Assembly (NCBI GenBank): GCA_045837725.1
Contig: JBEWZL010000246.1
Coordinates: 184,271 to 204,270, forward strand
DNA from: Vermamoeba vermiformis
Taxonomy: Eukaryota
Length of the DNA: 20,000 nt
Reading direction: 5' to 3'
In this document: positions 9,721 to 20,000 of the stretch, piece by piece
How positions within the stretch are numbered: the stretch's first letter is position 1
Layout: every line of letters begins with the position of its first letter
The notes under the pieces: model-generated
Seen by the model: the letters and a program-made list of their open reading frames with translations, nothing else
What the model was told of the DNA's origin: nothing
Databases searched by the model: none
Position numbers and translations under genes: made by a program

Positions 9721-11399
9721 ATGGGCAATGCAGTGCAACCTCAACCCGTCGATTTTAAAGATTTGAGCCACTTGGCAGGACGGTGGGTGGGAATTTATGG
9801 TAAGTTATTCTAAAATCCATATAACTTTTGAACGGTCTGCGTAGCGGACCTTATTAGGTTTCTAATAATTCACCGGAGTAAATATTGGACCACTATAAGC
9901 TAAAATTTGATCGCCATATCGCGCTGGAAATAATTTTTCTGTCGGATTTGTTGGAAACGAAATCCAGCATGGCCAAATATCAATAATTAAAAGTCCAATA
10001 TGCTCTACAGTTATATAATAACCATATTCACGCATCGTTTCGATAATTACTGAGTTATAACAAGAAAACCGATTGTAGTAACGTGACACAGCGTTACCCA
10101 AATAATTGATTAGCGCAATTAGAAGAGATAATTATGAATCAATATTACCATACGATGATAGTGGATCAAATATATCCTTATCCCGCTGTCATTATTTGAA
10201 CTAGAAGAAAAATATTTGTTTCAAATCCAACAATTAAAACTCGGTCAGAAACTAATCTGCTTTTGTTTTAATAGGACCTCATGGTTTAGAAATTATAGAT
10301 GTACAATTTAATAACGGTACTCTCGTTGGAATCAAAGTCAGCGGCGATCCCAATGTTCCATCTGGTACGTGCCTTTGAATTCTCTCGAAATTTAGAGCTT
10401 TGCTAACACAAAGCGAATAATTCGTTCAATAACATACGATCGCAGTTTGACATTTAGATATTTCGATCGGACAATTGTTTTTCAAGATTATTGTCGATCT
10501 GCTTTCCTTTCGGATACGGATTCAAATCGCCCTCGCGATCTCGCGCATATGCACATTATACTGATTCTTAATATCTCAGGCGAGGTCACATTTGAAGTTG
10601 AAAGTACAGGAGTAGCGAGAGGTCGCGTAGCAGAAACAGGTTTTGTAAATCCAACTTGGCTGCCCGGAAGGTACGCTTTATTTCACTAGACAGTCCAAGG
10701 ATTCATTATAATAACGTATATTATAGGATAACATGGTCTGAAGATGAATTAGATGAATTTGTATTTACATGGGAAGGCTGTGGATCCGTCCAGTTTTTCC
10801 GAGTTCCAATGAACTTCACACTAACAGAAGACAACGTGAGGACATTTTTGGCGCAGAACTACACGAGGATAGTTTATGTAAACGGTAAGTAACAATACTG
10901 AATAATTTTGAGATCCGGGACAATGGCACTAATGCCGGCTTTCCTTAAAAGGTTATTATTTCTTTTTGAACCGAGAACACAAGAAGCGAGGCGCTAGCGA
11001 AGATTCGGTGAAGAGCTTGCCAATCATTGCTTACTCCGCTGCCTCTTGCCAGTGCTCGAGGTAAGTTTTCTTTTTTTGGATTTGAACCGAGTTGGACCCA
11101 CCCTAAATTATTTAAACCGCAAAAAGCGTTACGATCCGTTTATAATAATGAACGTGTACACGCTTTAAGACCTAGCAAACCCTAATTAAGTTTTTTTAAA
11201 CAGATGTACTGTTTGCTTGAACGATTTTGAAGAGAATGAAGAAGTTAAGCAACTGCCTTGCAAACACTATTTCCATACAGAGTGCATCGAGAAGTGGCTA
11301 CAACAACGAGATGCGTGTCCTTTATGCAATGCAGGAGTCGAATCCAGTCCAAGCAAAAGTAAAGGTTCAACAGCCGCAGCAGACGTGGCCGCCCAATAA
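9721..11399 (+). CDS. DUF3506/Cyclin-D1-binding (FBXO31/EXECUTER-type) domain + C-terminal RING-H2 E3 ligase; exons 9721-9799, 10275-10364, 10580-10670, 10727-10885, 10952-11060, 11204-11399
   Basis: Spliced product: MGNAVQ...GRWVGIYGPHGLEII...GIKVSGDPNVPSGEVTF...GRVAETGFVNPTWLPGRI..., then CTVCLNDF...LPCKHYFHTECIEKWL...CPLC (C3H2C3). Confidence 0.85.
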
Positions 11400-11807
11400 T
11401 AGCAACAAAACCAAGAAAATAATAACCAAAGAACAAAGCCAACCCAGCCTATAGCCCAACCAACCTCTTATTTATGTATTCTACCCTTCCCTCATCCCAC
11501 GACCGACGAAATCCAACCCTGGAAAGAAAACCTATCCCCTCAAACCCGAAAATCGATAGTACTAACCTAGTGTTAGTGCCTGTTGTATTAGAGCTGTAAA
11601 TTAATAATTTTGTGGACATCCAAACAAAAGCGAAGAACTTCAGCAACTCCAGAAGTTCTCTTGTAGATATAACAATAAAATTTTGAAACGATAATAGAAT
11701 GTCATAGTTATTGGTGAACTTGCATCGTAATCTTATTATTAGTGAACCAGGAAAGGTTGAGACGGATTCATAAACTTCATTCTTCGTTCTTTTTGGAAGT
11801 ATCTAAC

Positions 11808-13354
11808 ATGTCAGAGAATACGGTGGCAGCTAAAAAACAGAAATTGAATGATGGATCGGCCGTCGCTACTCAAGTAGTTGATCTAGAGGCAAATGAGGCA
11901 AGCTCAGCTGTGATCGAGGCGACAGAACCTACAAACGGTAAGAAAAATTCATAATATTCAAATTAGAATTTTATTGATACATTTATAATATTATTAACAT
12001 AATTTGAGGGCTTAAAATGTCGGTCTATTTTTTGAAATTAATTTTTAAAAAACAATTTAGATGTCACCTTGGAAACTCTATCTGAAGATGTGAGGACAAC
12101 AGTATTGTCGAATATAGATATATTTACAGCAGCGAAGCTTGCGATGACTAATAAGTACTGGCAAGCCAACACAAAGCTCATTAAAGTAGATCTACGAAAG
12201 CAAGCTTTAAAGTACGTTGCTGTACAGCGAACACTGAAGTTAATAATTTGAACGATTTGAAGACTAATTATGAAATGCTTATTAGAATCGATGATGAAGT
12301 TGTAGAAGGACTATTCCACTCGTTTCCTTCGATCCAAAAAATCAATTTCAGATCCTGCTATAAAGTTACAGGGGACTGTAAGTGGTCAAATTACTATTGC
12401 AATATGTTATCTAATATTAATTGGTTTTATAGCGTTGAGTTTGTTGCCTACTTTGACAAACTTAACATCGCTCAACTTGAGCGAGACAGGTCTTAAAGGC
12501 AGTGCTTTTGAGACCATCCCGAATTGTACAAACTTAGAAGAACTCATTTTAGTACGATGCCCGACGACCCCTGCACTAATTAGGTAGGTTCATACAAGTG
12601 CATATATTGTGAAAGTAGATCTAACACTGTTTTAAGAGCGATCTGCGAGAAACTCACGAAGTTAAGAAGGCTCAATTTATTTTGGCCGCCATTGACTCAA
12701 TCAATTTCCGATGCGTCATTGCAGCTCATGAATGGTCTCGTGAACTTGACTTACTTGAATGTATCGTGGTCAGAAGAAATTACCGACAAAGGTGTCATGT
12801 CACTTGGCGCATTGACTAATTTGGAAGTGTTGAAGTTGAACAGCTCAAAAATTACTGACAAGAGCCTCGAATTCATCGGCAAAACGTTCAAAAAGTTGCG
12901 AACGTTGCACATCCAAGATACATTGATTACAAATGAAGGCATCAGAGATCAACTCGTGCCTAATATGCCACAATTGACCGCGATTGCTTTGGGCGGCAAA
13001 AATGTTACGGATCCGGCCTTAGGACACATCGTCGGTTTGAAGAACTTGAAGACTGTTATTACTGGCGGCCCTGGTGTTACTGACGCAGGCGTGCTGTCCA
13101 TTGCAAAGATTGCAGGACTTCAATATGTCAATATTTGGCAGTCGTCTATCACTGACGAGGCCATGACGTACTTAGCCTCGTTGTTGCAGCTCAGAAAACT
13201 CAAATTGGACGGAAATATTTACATCACTGATGACGGCATAGAACGCATTGCTAGTTTGAGGAAGTTGCGACTTTTAAGTCTGTTTGGATGCACACTCGTT
13301 ACTGATCGAGGGCCACGATACGTATCAAACGACAATTTGAAGATTATTCGTTGA
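11808..13354 (+). CDS. F-box / leucine-rich-repeat protein (FBXL-like), multi-exon
   Basis: F-box-like LETLSEDVRTTVLSNIDIFTAAKLAMTNKYW in exon 2 (from 12061), then ~24-25-aa LRRs (LxxLxL..xITDxG) to TGA at 13354. N-terminal KKQK may be an NLS. Confidence 0.85.
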
Positions 13355-13516
13355 AGCGGATCTTGTTGATCTGATCCAACCAACTTTTTGTATTGTAAAA
13401 TAAACGGTTACACTTTATTAGCTTCGATCTTTGATTTAATTTATTATTAATAATAAATATCCGACTCCTTTTTGGCCAATTAGTTTTTCTACCGCCTAAT
13501 TCTTACACGAGCAAGG

Positions 13517-14946
13517 ATGGCAGCACAACCAACTCAAAGATTCCTCGAAGGAAAAGGAGATATATTTAATGGCCTTACTATCACCGAACTACCAGACACT
13601 GTTGAAGAGTTTGAACAAATTTTGACTGGTAAGATCTTGGATCGCGCCAAGTCGCGAGATAAATTTGCAACCGATTTATTTATATTCGCATTATTTTTGT
13701 AGTACGGCAGAGTCAAATTAGTCTTATTGGATCCATCAACTGATTATTTTAATTTTAATAATAATTTTTGACTAGCTTCATTGGCTGAATGGACGAATAT
13801 TAAAAAGAGAGGAATATGGATTAAAATACCGATTACTAAATCTGAATTTATTCCTATTGCAGCCAAGGTAACGTGTGACCTTCTCGAAACTTCGGTTCTA
13901 ACGTTCGATTTTAGTTGGGCTTTGAATTCCATCACACAAAGAAGGATTATTTATTCATGACCAAATGGCTGCCACTGGATGAAGAGAATAAGTTGCCTGC
14001 CTATACCACGCATTATGTTGGTACGTCAAATTTGACAGTCGAATGAAGTACTAACCATTTCAATAGGTGTTGGCGGTTTTGTGTTAAATGACGTAAGAAA
14101 TATAACTTGACTTAATTTCCCGCTGCTGACAAAAAGACAGAAAAAAGAACTGCTGTGCGTACGTGAGAAGTATTTCGCGGTCAGCCCTTGGAAGTTGCCA
14201 GGTGGCATGGCTGATCCCGGTAACTATCTTCGTTATATGACATTGAGTGTGTATTGTTGACAAGGAACAGGGGAGGACTTAGGCGAGGCAGCCAAGCGAG
14301 AGGTCTTCGAAGGTAACACGCGTTGACATGTCAACCACAGTCTAGTACTAATATGAAGCGTAGAAACTGGAATAGAAGCAGAGTTTGAATCGATCATTTG
14401 CTTTAGGCACAGACACGATGCCGCGTTCGGAGGGTAAGTAGGCTTTAGGTGACTCATACCGGTTGGGTTGAAGTTCTGTCAAAAATTCGGATCAACAACG
14501 GCTCCGTAGTATAATGGCTATTATATTGGATTCTGACTCCAAGGATCCCGGTTCAATTCCGGGCGGGGCCTCTTTCTTTTTACTTTTTTACCTTTTTTAC
14601 CTTGTTAAGCTGTCCTGACTTCTTTTTAGTGGCGATCTGTATTTTATTGCGAGATTGAAACCAAAGACTACCGAAATTAAAATAGATCCACTCGAGATCG
14701 CGGAAGCTCGTTGGATTCCGGTAGGTGATTGTGACTTTCTTCGCCATTAGCTTATTACAATTACAGATCGATGAGTACATCAATGACCCGAGCATCTATG
14801 ATACAAACAAGGAAATCGCAAAGTTAGCGATGTCTCACTGCAGCGATTCTGATCCGTACTTGTACAAAGAGACAGAGTATTCCACAATTCCAGTGCCTAA
14901 TTGGAACAAGACGGCCAATCACCTATTGTACAGAAGCGGAAAGTAA
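13517..14946 (+). CDS. Nudix hydrolase, NUDT6 / plant NUDT2-7-8-like, about 9 exons
   Basis: Spliced motifs KRGIWIKIP, GFEFHH, LPAYTTHYVGVGGFVLN, WKLPGG, the Nudix box GMADPGEDLGEAAKREVFEETG (split over small exons), FRHRHDAAFGGGDLYFIARLKP and EIAEARWIP. Confidence 0.9.
14500..14571 (+). tRNA. trnQ-CTG: tRNA-Gln(CTG), intronic
   Basis: 72-nt cloverleaf: acceptor GGCTCCG/CGGGGCC, D-arm with TAGTATAATGG (A box), anticodon arm TTGGA-TTCTGAC-TCCAA, T-arm CCCGG-TTCAATT-CCGGG, followed by oligo-T. Confidence 0.96.
14577..14598 (+). terminator. RNA polymerase III oligo-T terminators of the tRNA
   Basis: Three runs of T5-T6 immediately 3' of the tRNA. Confidence 0.7.
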
Positions 14947-15078
14947 ACCGGTCAACTCACATACAAGAATTCCCTGTTCGGTCAAAATTCTCGATAAATT
15001 CTTTGGAACGAAAAAGGTTTTGTCTCGGCGGGTTCGCCGTTTTTCATTCAAATTAGCAGTTGAGCAAGCAACACAACA

Positions 15079-16319
15079 ATGCAAAGTATAGTATTCTTAG
15101 GAACAAGCGCAGGAACACCGACCAAAACGCGTAACGTACGTGCAAACCCACATCTATTGGCAGTAAATTTTTGAATCGCTTAAAATAGTAAATCTCATAA
15201 GCTTTCGAATTTCGAAAATTATTCTAGCCGTCGCTGGATTTTTTTAAATTAATTTTCAAATTTATTTTAGGTAAGCAGTTACGCCGTCCGTTTCGCTGAT
15301 TCGAAAATCTGGCTCCTCGATTGCGGAGAAGGTATTGAGCAAATATTTTACGCTGCGTCGCTAAGATAATTCATAGGAACACAACACCAAGTTTTGAAAA
15401 CTGATCTTGTGAAACTCAACAAAATTGAGGTTATATTTGTAACACATTTGCACGGTGATCACTCTTTCGGCCTTCCTGGGTATGTAGCTGCCATTCTAAA
15501 CAATTATTGGTAAGTTCTATCGCTAACTGTTGCGTGCTTAGTTTGCTGGCCTCGATGAGTTTGCTCGCCGAGCGAGGCCCGTTAAAAGTTATTGGTCCTC
15601 AAGGATTAGACAAAATGATCAATACTGCTTTGAGTCTTAGTGCTTCGTATATTACATATCCTTTAGAGGTAAGAAAACATTCGCACAGTGGAGTTTGACC
15701 GGATCTAATTCCAATGACACAGATTATTGAATTGGAAGAGAACAAGATTAAAGACTTGGGCAATATTAACGGATTTAAAGTCCAAGCCTACCCGTTGAAG
15801 CATAAAGTAGCGTGTTTCGGCTACGTAGTTTCAGAGCCCGAGAAGCCAGGCAAACTTGATGCAGCCAAAGCCAAACAACTCGGTGCACAACCGAAGGACT
15901 TGGGTCTGTTGAAGGCAGGCAAAGACGTGACACTTGCTGATGGCACTGTTGTTAAATCTACTGACGTGTTGTCCCTGCCAACCCCTGGCAAAAAGATTGT
16001 CATGCTCGGTGACACGTGCAACAGCGACAGTTTGTTGGAGGACGGAATCGGGTGTGACGTTGTCATTCATGAAACAACTTACCACGCAGAATTGAAAGAG
16101 AAAGCAATCGCTGGCGGTCATTCTACGAGTCAAATGGCTGGCGAATTTGCGGCCAGACTAAAGGCCAAGAAGCTGATCATTACTCACTTCAGTCAACGAT
16201 ATTCAACGGCCACTGGCCCCGATGAAGTTACCGTCGATCATTTGGTGAAAGAAGCTCAAAAAGAATGTCCTGAGACTGCTGTACTCGCAGCTGCTGACTT
16301 GCAAAACTTTGACATTTAA
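15079..16319 (+). CDS. Short-form ribonuclease Z (tRNase ZS, ELAC1/Rnz-like), about 5 exons
   Basis: [22 protein letters not shown]..., LLDCGEGTQ, metallo-beta-lactamase motif THLHGDH, flexible arm [24 protein letters not shown] and THFSQRY. Confidence 0.93.
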
Positions 16320-16367
16320 TAAAAAAGAATGCAGAGTACGTTTATTTTGAAAGAATTAAACTCTTAG

Positions 16368-16387
16368 CACGTGGTTATCCACGTGAC
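16368..16387. promoter_or_regulatory. Paired E-boxes (CACGTG at 16368-16373 and 16380-16385)
   Basis: Two CACGTG 12 bp apart, about 85 bp upstream of the ATG at 16469. Confidence 0.45.
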
Positions 16388-16468
16388 CAGTAATCCTTCC
16401 TTAAAATCAGACGCCAATTTAATTTTCAATTCGCCATTTCAAACGAACACCACAAATCAACTAATATT

Positions 16469-16918
16469 ATGACGGACGCGGATAAAATAAAAAAATTGAA
16501 AGCCAATATTGTTCGTACTCTTGAAACAATGGAGAAAGCAGATCAAGAGCGTAACTGGCACGCGATCCATTACGACCACTACGACTGGTGGGCTGCGCCA
16601 ATAAAAGAGCCTTCAAACACATATGGCACATTATATAGCGTATCAGAAGCAGACGTGGCAGAATTATTGGCTGATGAAAATTGGATTCGAAATTACCATC
16701 GCGCTATAACTCTAGTTTTTAAGTCTTGGGGTTGGAATATAGAAAGCGCATGTTTTTTTGAAGATAAAGATGAAAATCAGAAATTCAACGGACCTACAAG
16801 AAGAATTCGTTTACAAAAGATCCTTAAATCGTTGGAGTTATTTGGCAGAGAAGCAATGTTAAATAGCGCCAGAAAATTTAAAGACGAGATTCATAGGTTA
16901 GGCATTTACCAAATGTAG
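16469..16918 (+). CDS. Intronless 149-aa protein, possibly OGFr_N/DUF1810-like
   Basis: Clean ATG-TAG ORF followed by AATAAA. HYDWWAAP and IRLQKILKSLELFG recall the OGFr_N motifs (H..IQW.FP; LRITRILKSL..LG). Confidence 0.65.
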   Translation: MTDADKIKKLKANIVRTLETMEKADQERNWHAIHYDHYDWWAAPIKEPSNTYGTLYSVSEADVAELLADENWIRNYHRAITLVFKSWGWNIESACFFEDKDENQKFNGPTRRIRLQKILKSLELFGREAMLNSARKFKDEIHRLGIYQM

Positions 16919-17151
16919 AATAAAATGATTTTCAAACAAAGCCATGAATCAATGTAAATTTTGTATTTGATTACGACTGGAACAAAGCCATGAAAGGCAA
17001 TTTATATTTGATCAATTAAATAGCAACACAAATGATTTGGATATCCATATTGAGTGCGATAGTATTCGTACTGCTGGCTTTGCGACGAAGAAAAAACAAG
17101 AAAGTAGGGCTGATAACGATTTTAATGGAATTTTCAGTTTTCGTTGAAACA

Positions 17152-18020
17152 ATGCAACACAATACAAGTCCCGATTATGATTACGCATTTAAGGTGATAT
17201 TTGAAATGTACTATTTACATACAAAGCAGCTTCTGATCAGAATTTAGTAGATCCTTACTATTGGCGATTCGGGGTCAGGAAAGTCGTGGTTTCTATTGCG
17301 AGTCGTAGAAGAATTAATGCCCGATGCAAATTTATATCAAAAGCTCAACGAGCTTGATTTTGTAAGTCCATCCGACCCAAAACAATTAAATTTTTAAAAA
17401 TTTATTCAATTTATTGCAGTACTATTTTACCAAATTATGAAACCAAGGTTTTAATATATTGACGTATTTTTAGAAAATAAAAACAATCACAGATCCGGAA
17501 ACGGATAAAAAAATCAAACTTCAGTTGTGGAAGCACAAAGAAGAAAGGTACATCATAATTAATACGATCAAATTAATAACACTATTTTATTAGGTTTCGT
17601 ACAATAGGCGCTAGTCCTTTTAGAGGTGCACAAGGAGTTATTGTAACTGTGGATGTCACGTCTCGCGAGTCTTTCGACAATTTGAAGAAACATTTTCAGT
17701 TGATCGATCGATATGCTATGGAAAATGCGCGAGTGTTAGTTATGGCAACTAAGTCAGACGATGTAACCAACCGAAAAGTTTGGAACGAGGAGATCCTGGA
17801 TTTCCTTGGACAAGACCGCGAATATTGGGCAGACCGCGATGTGCAATTTATTGAAACTAGTGCCAAGCAAAATTATAATATTGATCAAGCACTTCAACTT
17901 ATTGCTAGAAGTATTTTAAGGCGAATCTTGGAAATCGATCCGAATCCACAAAATAGAGTCACATTAACAGCTGGTATTAACATTAATAAGAAAGAAAAGC
18001 CTCGATGTATAGTCATGTAA
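17152..18020 (+). CDS. Highly divergent Rab1-like small GTPase, 4 exons (17152-17193, 17251-17361, 17474-17547, 17594-18020)
   Basis: PDYDYAFK|ILTIGDSGSGKS, ERFRTI, FRGAQGVIVTVDVT..ESFDNL, IDRYA, ETSAK and C-terminal CIVM. G2, G3 and G4 are degenerate. Confidence 0.88.
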
Positions 18021-18333
18021 CATATTGACGCAACAAGTAAGTCGTACCATGTCTCTTATGAACGAAACTCTCCGGCTCGCTGCCAGTGGATCTAATTGCG
18101 AGCAAAATAATACAGCAAGTTCAAACGAAGAAATTCTTGAACTTCATGAACGGGTCGCTCAAACACCAGAAAATCAGCTTCGAAACATATACAACTAATC
18201 GAGACTAAGAACGATTATGGAAGCGCAAGATCTGATTCAGAGATCGCTGTAAAGACTTAATAATATACCTTGTAAAACTTTATTGTAGGCCTATTGTTAT
18301 AAATTATCGCCAATGGTTACTTAATACACCTCA

Positions 18334-19896
18334 TTAGTGAAGTACGGCGGCAAATACAGCGAGCAATGTCAGCACACTTGTACCCCCAAGTTGACGACCA
18401 ACGGAAATCTTTGAAGGACGAGAAGATTCTGTGGGCTGTTGCGATGTCGTTGGAGCCGATGAAGTGCATGAAATGACAGAAGTACAGCTCACGTCGTTGA
18501 AGCCTGATCGTGTGAATGTGAACTCAACCATGACACTCTGTGGGCCTCTTGCGACACCACTCTGTTGGACTGACACTTGACCACAGCCAACTGACGTGTT
18601 GATCGTGAACAGAGACGACACGTTGAGTTGATTGGCATTGTCTGGAAGTGAGTCACATGAGGCCCAGGTGAGATTATGACACGTGACATCTGTTGGTTCG
18701 AGCACGCAAGGTGCTGCGCGAGTAAGATACAGCGTAGTATTGCCAAGAGGGTCGATAAAGTAAGTTTCAACTTCGAAGGTGATCACTTGTTTGTCGACTA
18801 TTGCAAGGTCCATGCCAAACATGACTGGGTTGTTGGACGTAGCTCGTTTAGTTGGAGTCCAAATGCCACTCGATTCATCGCGTTCCAGCCATATGATAGA
18901 GCCTCCGACGGTTATATTCTCGTTGTAAAATCCATCGTGTGGAGCTGTCGCAACGATGGTGTTTTGATCCACGAATTGAATGTTTTGAGCGAAGAAACTT
19001 CCGATCTGATTATATTCAACGATGCCGACAGTGTCCAAAGTGATGTTTTGAACAGGTTCCCAATCATTCTGTCTGTGCCGGACTGAAATTCCTCCGTCAA
19101 GACCATAGCCACTTCCGATGATTATGGTGTCGTTGCCATCGTATAGAATATTGAGATATTGAATGCCAGATTCGAGTAAAGGAATCGTTTCCACAAGAGC
19201 CCATGTGTGATTCGGTTGTAGAGCATAAAGTTTGGCTGCAAAAGGTTTATCGTCGTATGTGTAAACGTAATTTGGTTGGATTCTGAACCAATAAGGAAGC
19301 GTAGGATAGCTTTCGGGTATTTCAGTGCGAGTAATAGTCCAATCAGTGCCATTAAAGTTGAAAGTTTTGATCCCATCCGCGTCAAATGAAGCGACAGATC
19401 CATCGTCAAACATCCAAGAATATTGGCCCGCATCAATTGTATATGTCTCGTTGGCAAATATTCCATTCGAGTCTATTCGAAGGATCTGGCGTGATGTGAC
19501 TCGAAAATCATAGTTGGAAACAAAGATCCACTCGCCGTTCGTTGAAAGAGCTAAATATCTGCTGTATTCATAGCCCCCAATAGGGTGAGAGTCTACGTAG
19601 TTATAATAGCCCAGAGAATCTCGCTTGAAAGAGACCAACTCGCGTCTCGTGCAATCCAACGAAACGACCAGATTTGAAAATGCAACGAGAGGATAATCTT
19701 TGGGATAAGGATAAAACAAGGTATCCGTTAAAGTGCGGTTTGCCACTCGAGAAGTAGGTACAGGCTAAATATATAAATATTACTTATTTAAATAATTAAA
19801 GAAGACGCCGAATCTTTTTCAACTTACCGTAAGAGCAATAACGGAGGAGAGGCCAATGATCAATAAACAAACAATTAATATTAAAGCCTGCTTCAA
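18334..19896 (-). CDS. Secreted / probably GPI-anchored surface protein, 2 exons (19896-19828, 19764-18334); start codon uncertain
   Basis: Exon 1 encodes a signal-peptide-like KQALILIVCLLIIGLSSVIA, with a phase-0 GTAAGT...TAG intron. Exon 2 is beta-rich with many NxS/T sites, a Cys-containing region, an S/T/P stalk and a terminal hydrophobic tail (VLTLLAVFAAVLH) with no cytosolic segment. Confidence 0.8.
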
Positions 19897-20000
19897 TTGT
19901 TGTTCCTTTGTGTCAATGTTTGTGATAAACTAAAATCGCAACGTGCCGATTTTGATCCATTCTGTCACCTGTCAGTTCAGATTAACCAAATTAGCACGGG

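Noticed and set aside
1-20000. Alternative genetic code, CRISPR arrays, prokaryotic operons or transposase genes
   Set aside because: All genes translate with the standard code once introns are removed, TAA/TAG/TGA all act as stops, and no spaced repeats or transposase motifs were seen.

Overview
Gene-dense, AT-rich eukaryotic (protist-like) genomic DNA with many short GT-AG introns (mostly ~45-120 nt, often with CTAAY branch points), so most ORF-track entries are exon fragments or spurious. Genes reconstructed by hand: 5' exon of cyclase-associated protein CAP (-), a six-exon aquaporin/MIP (+), RPS3 (-), Pat1 (+), a DUF3506/Cyclin-D1-binding-domain + RING-H2 protein (+), an F-box/LRR protein (+), a NUDT6-like Nudix hydrolase (+) with a tRNA-Gln(CTG) nested in one intron, a short-form RNase Z (+), an intronless OGFr_N-like protein (+), a degenerate Rab1-like GTPase (+) and a secreted/GPI-type surface protein (-). 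The most interesting unexplained signals are two GC-enriched intergenic regions that fold into long, strand-specific (G-U containing) RNA helices (~790-1090 on -, ~8230-9245 on +). Each lies just upstream of an E-box-containing promoter and both carry ATTGCATTCC. Also notable: the unusual E3-ligase architecture, a probable pseudo-GTPase, an aquaporin lacking the selectivity-filter arginine and a signal peptide that appears to start at TTG. All family assignments come from recalled motifs, not database searches.
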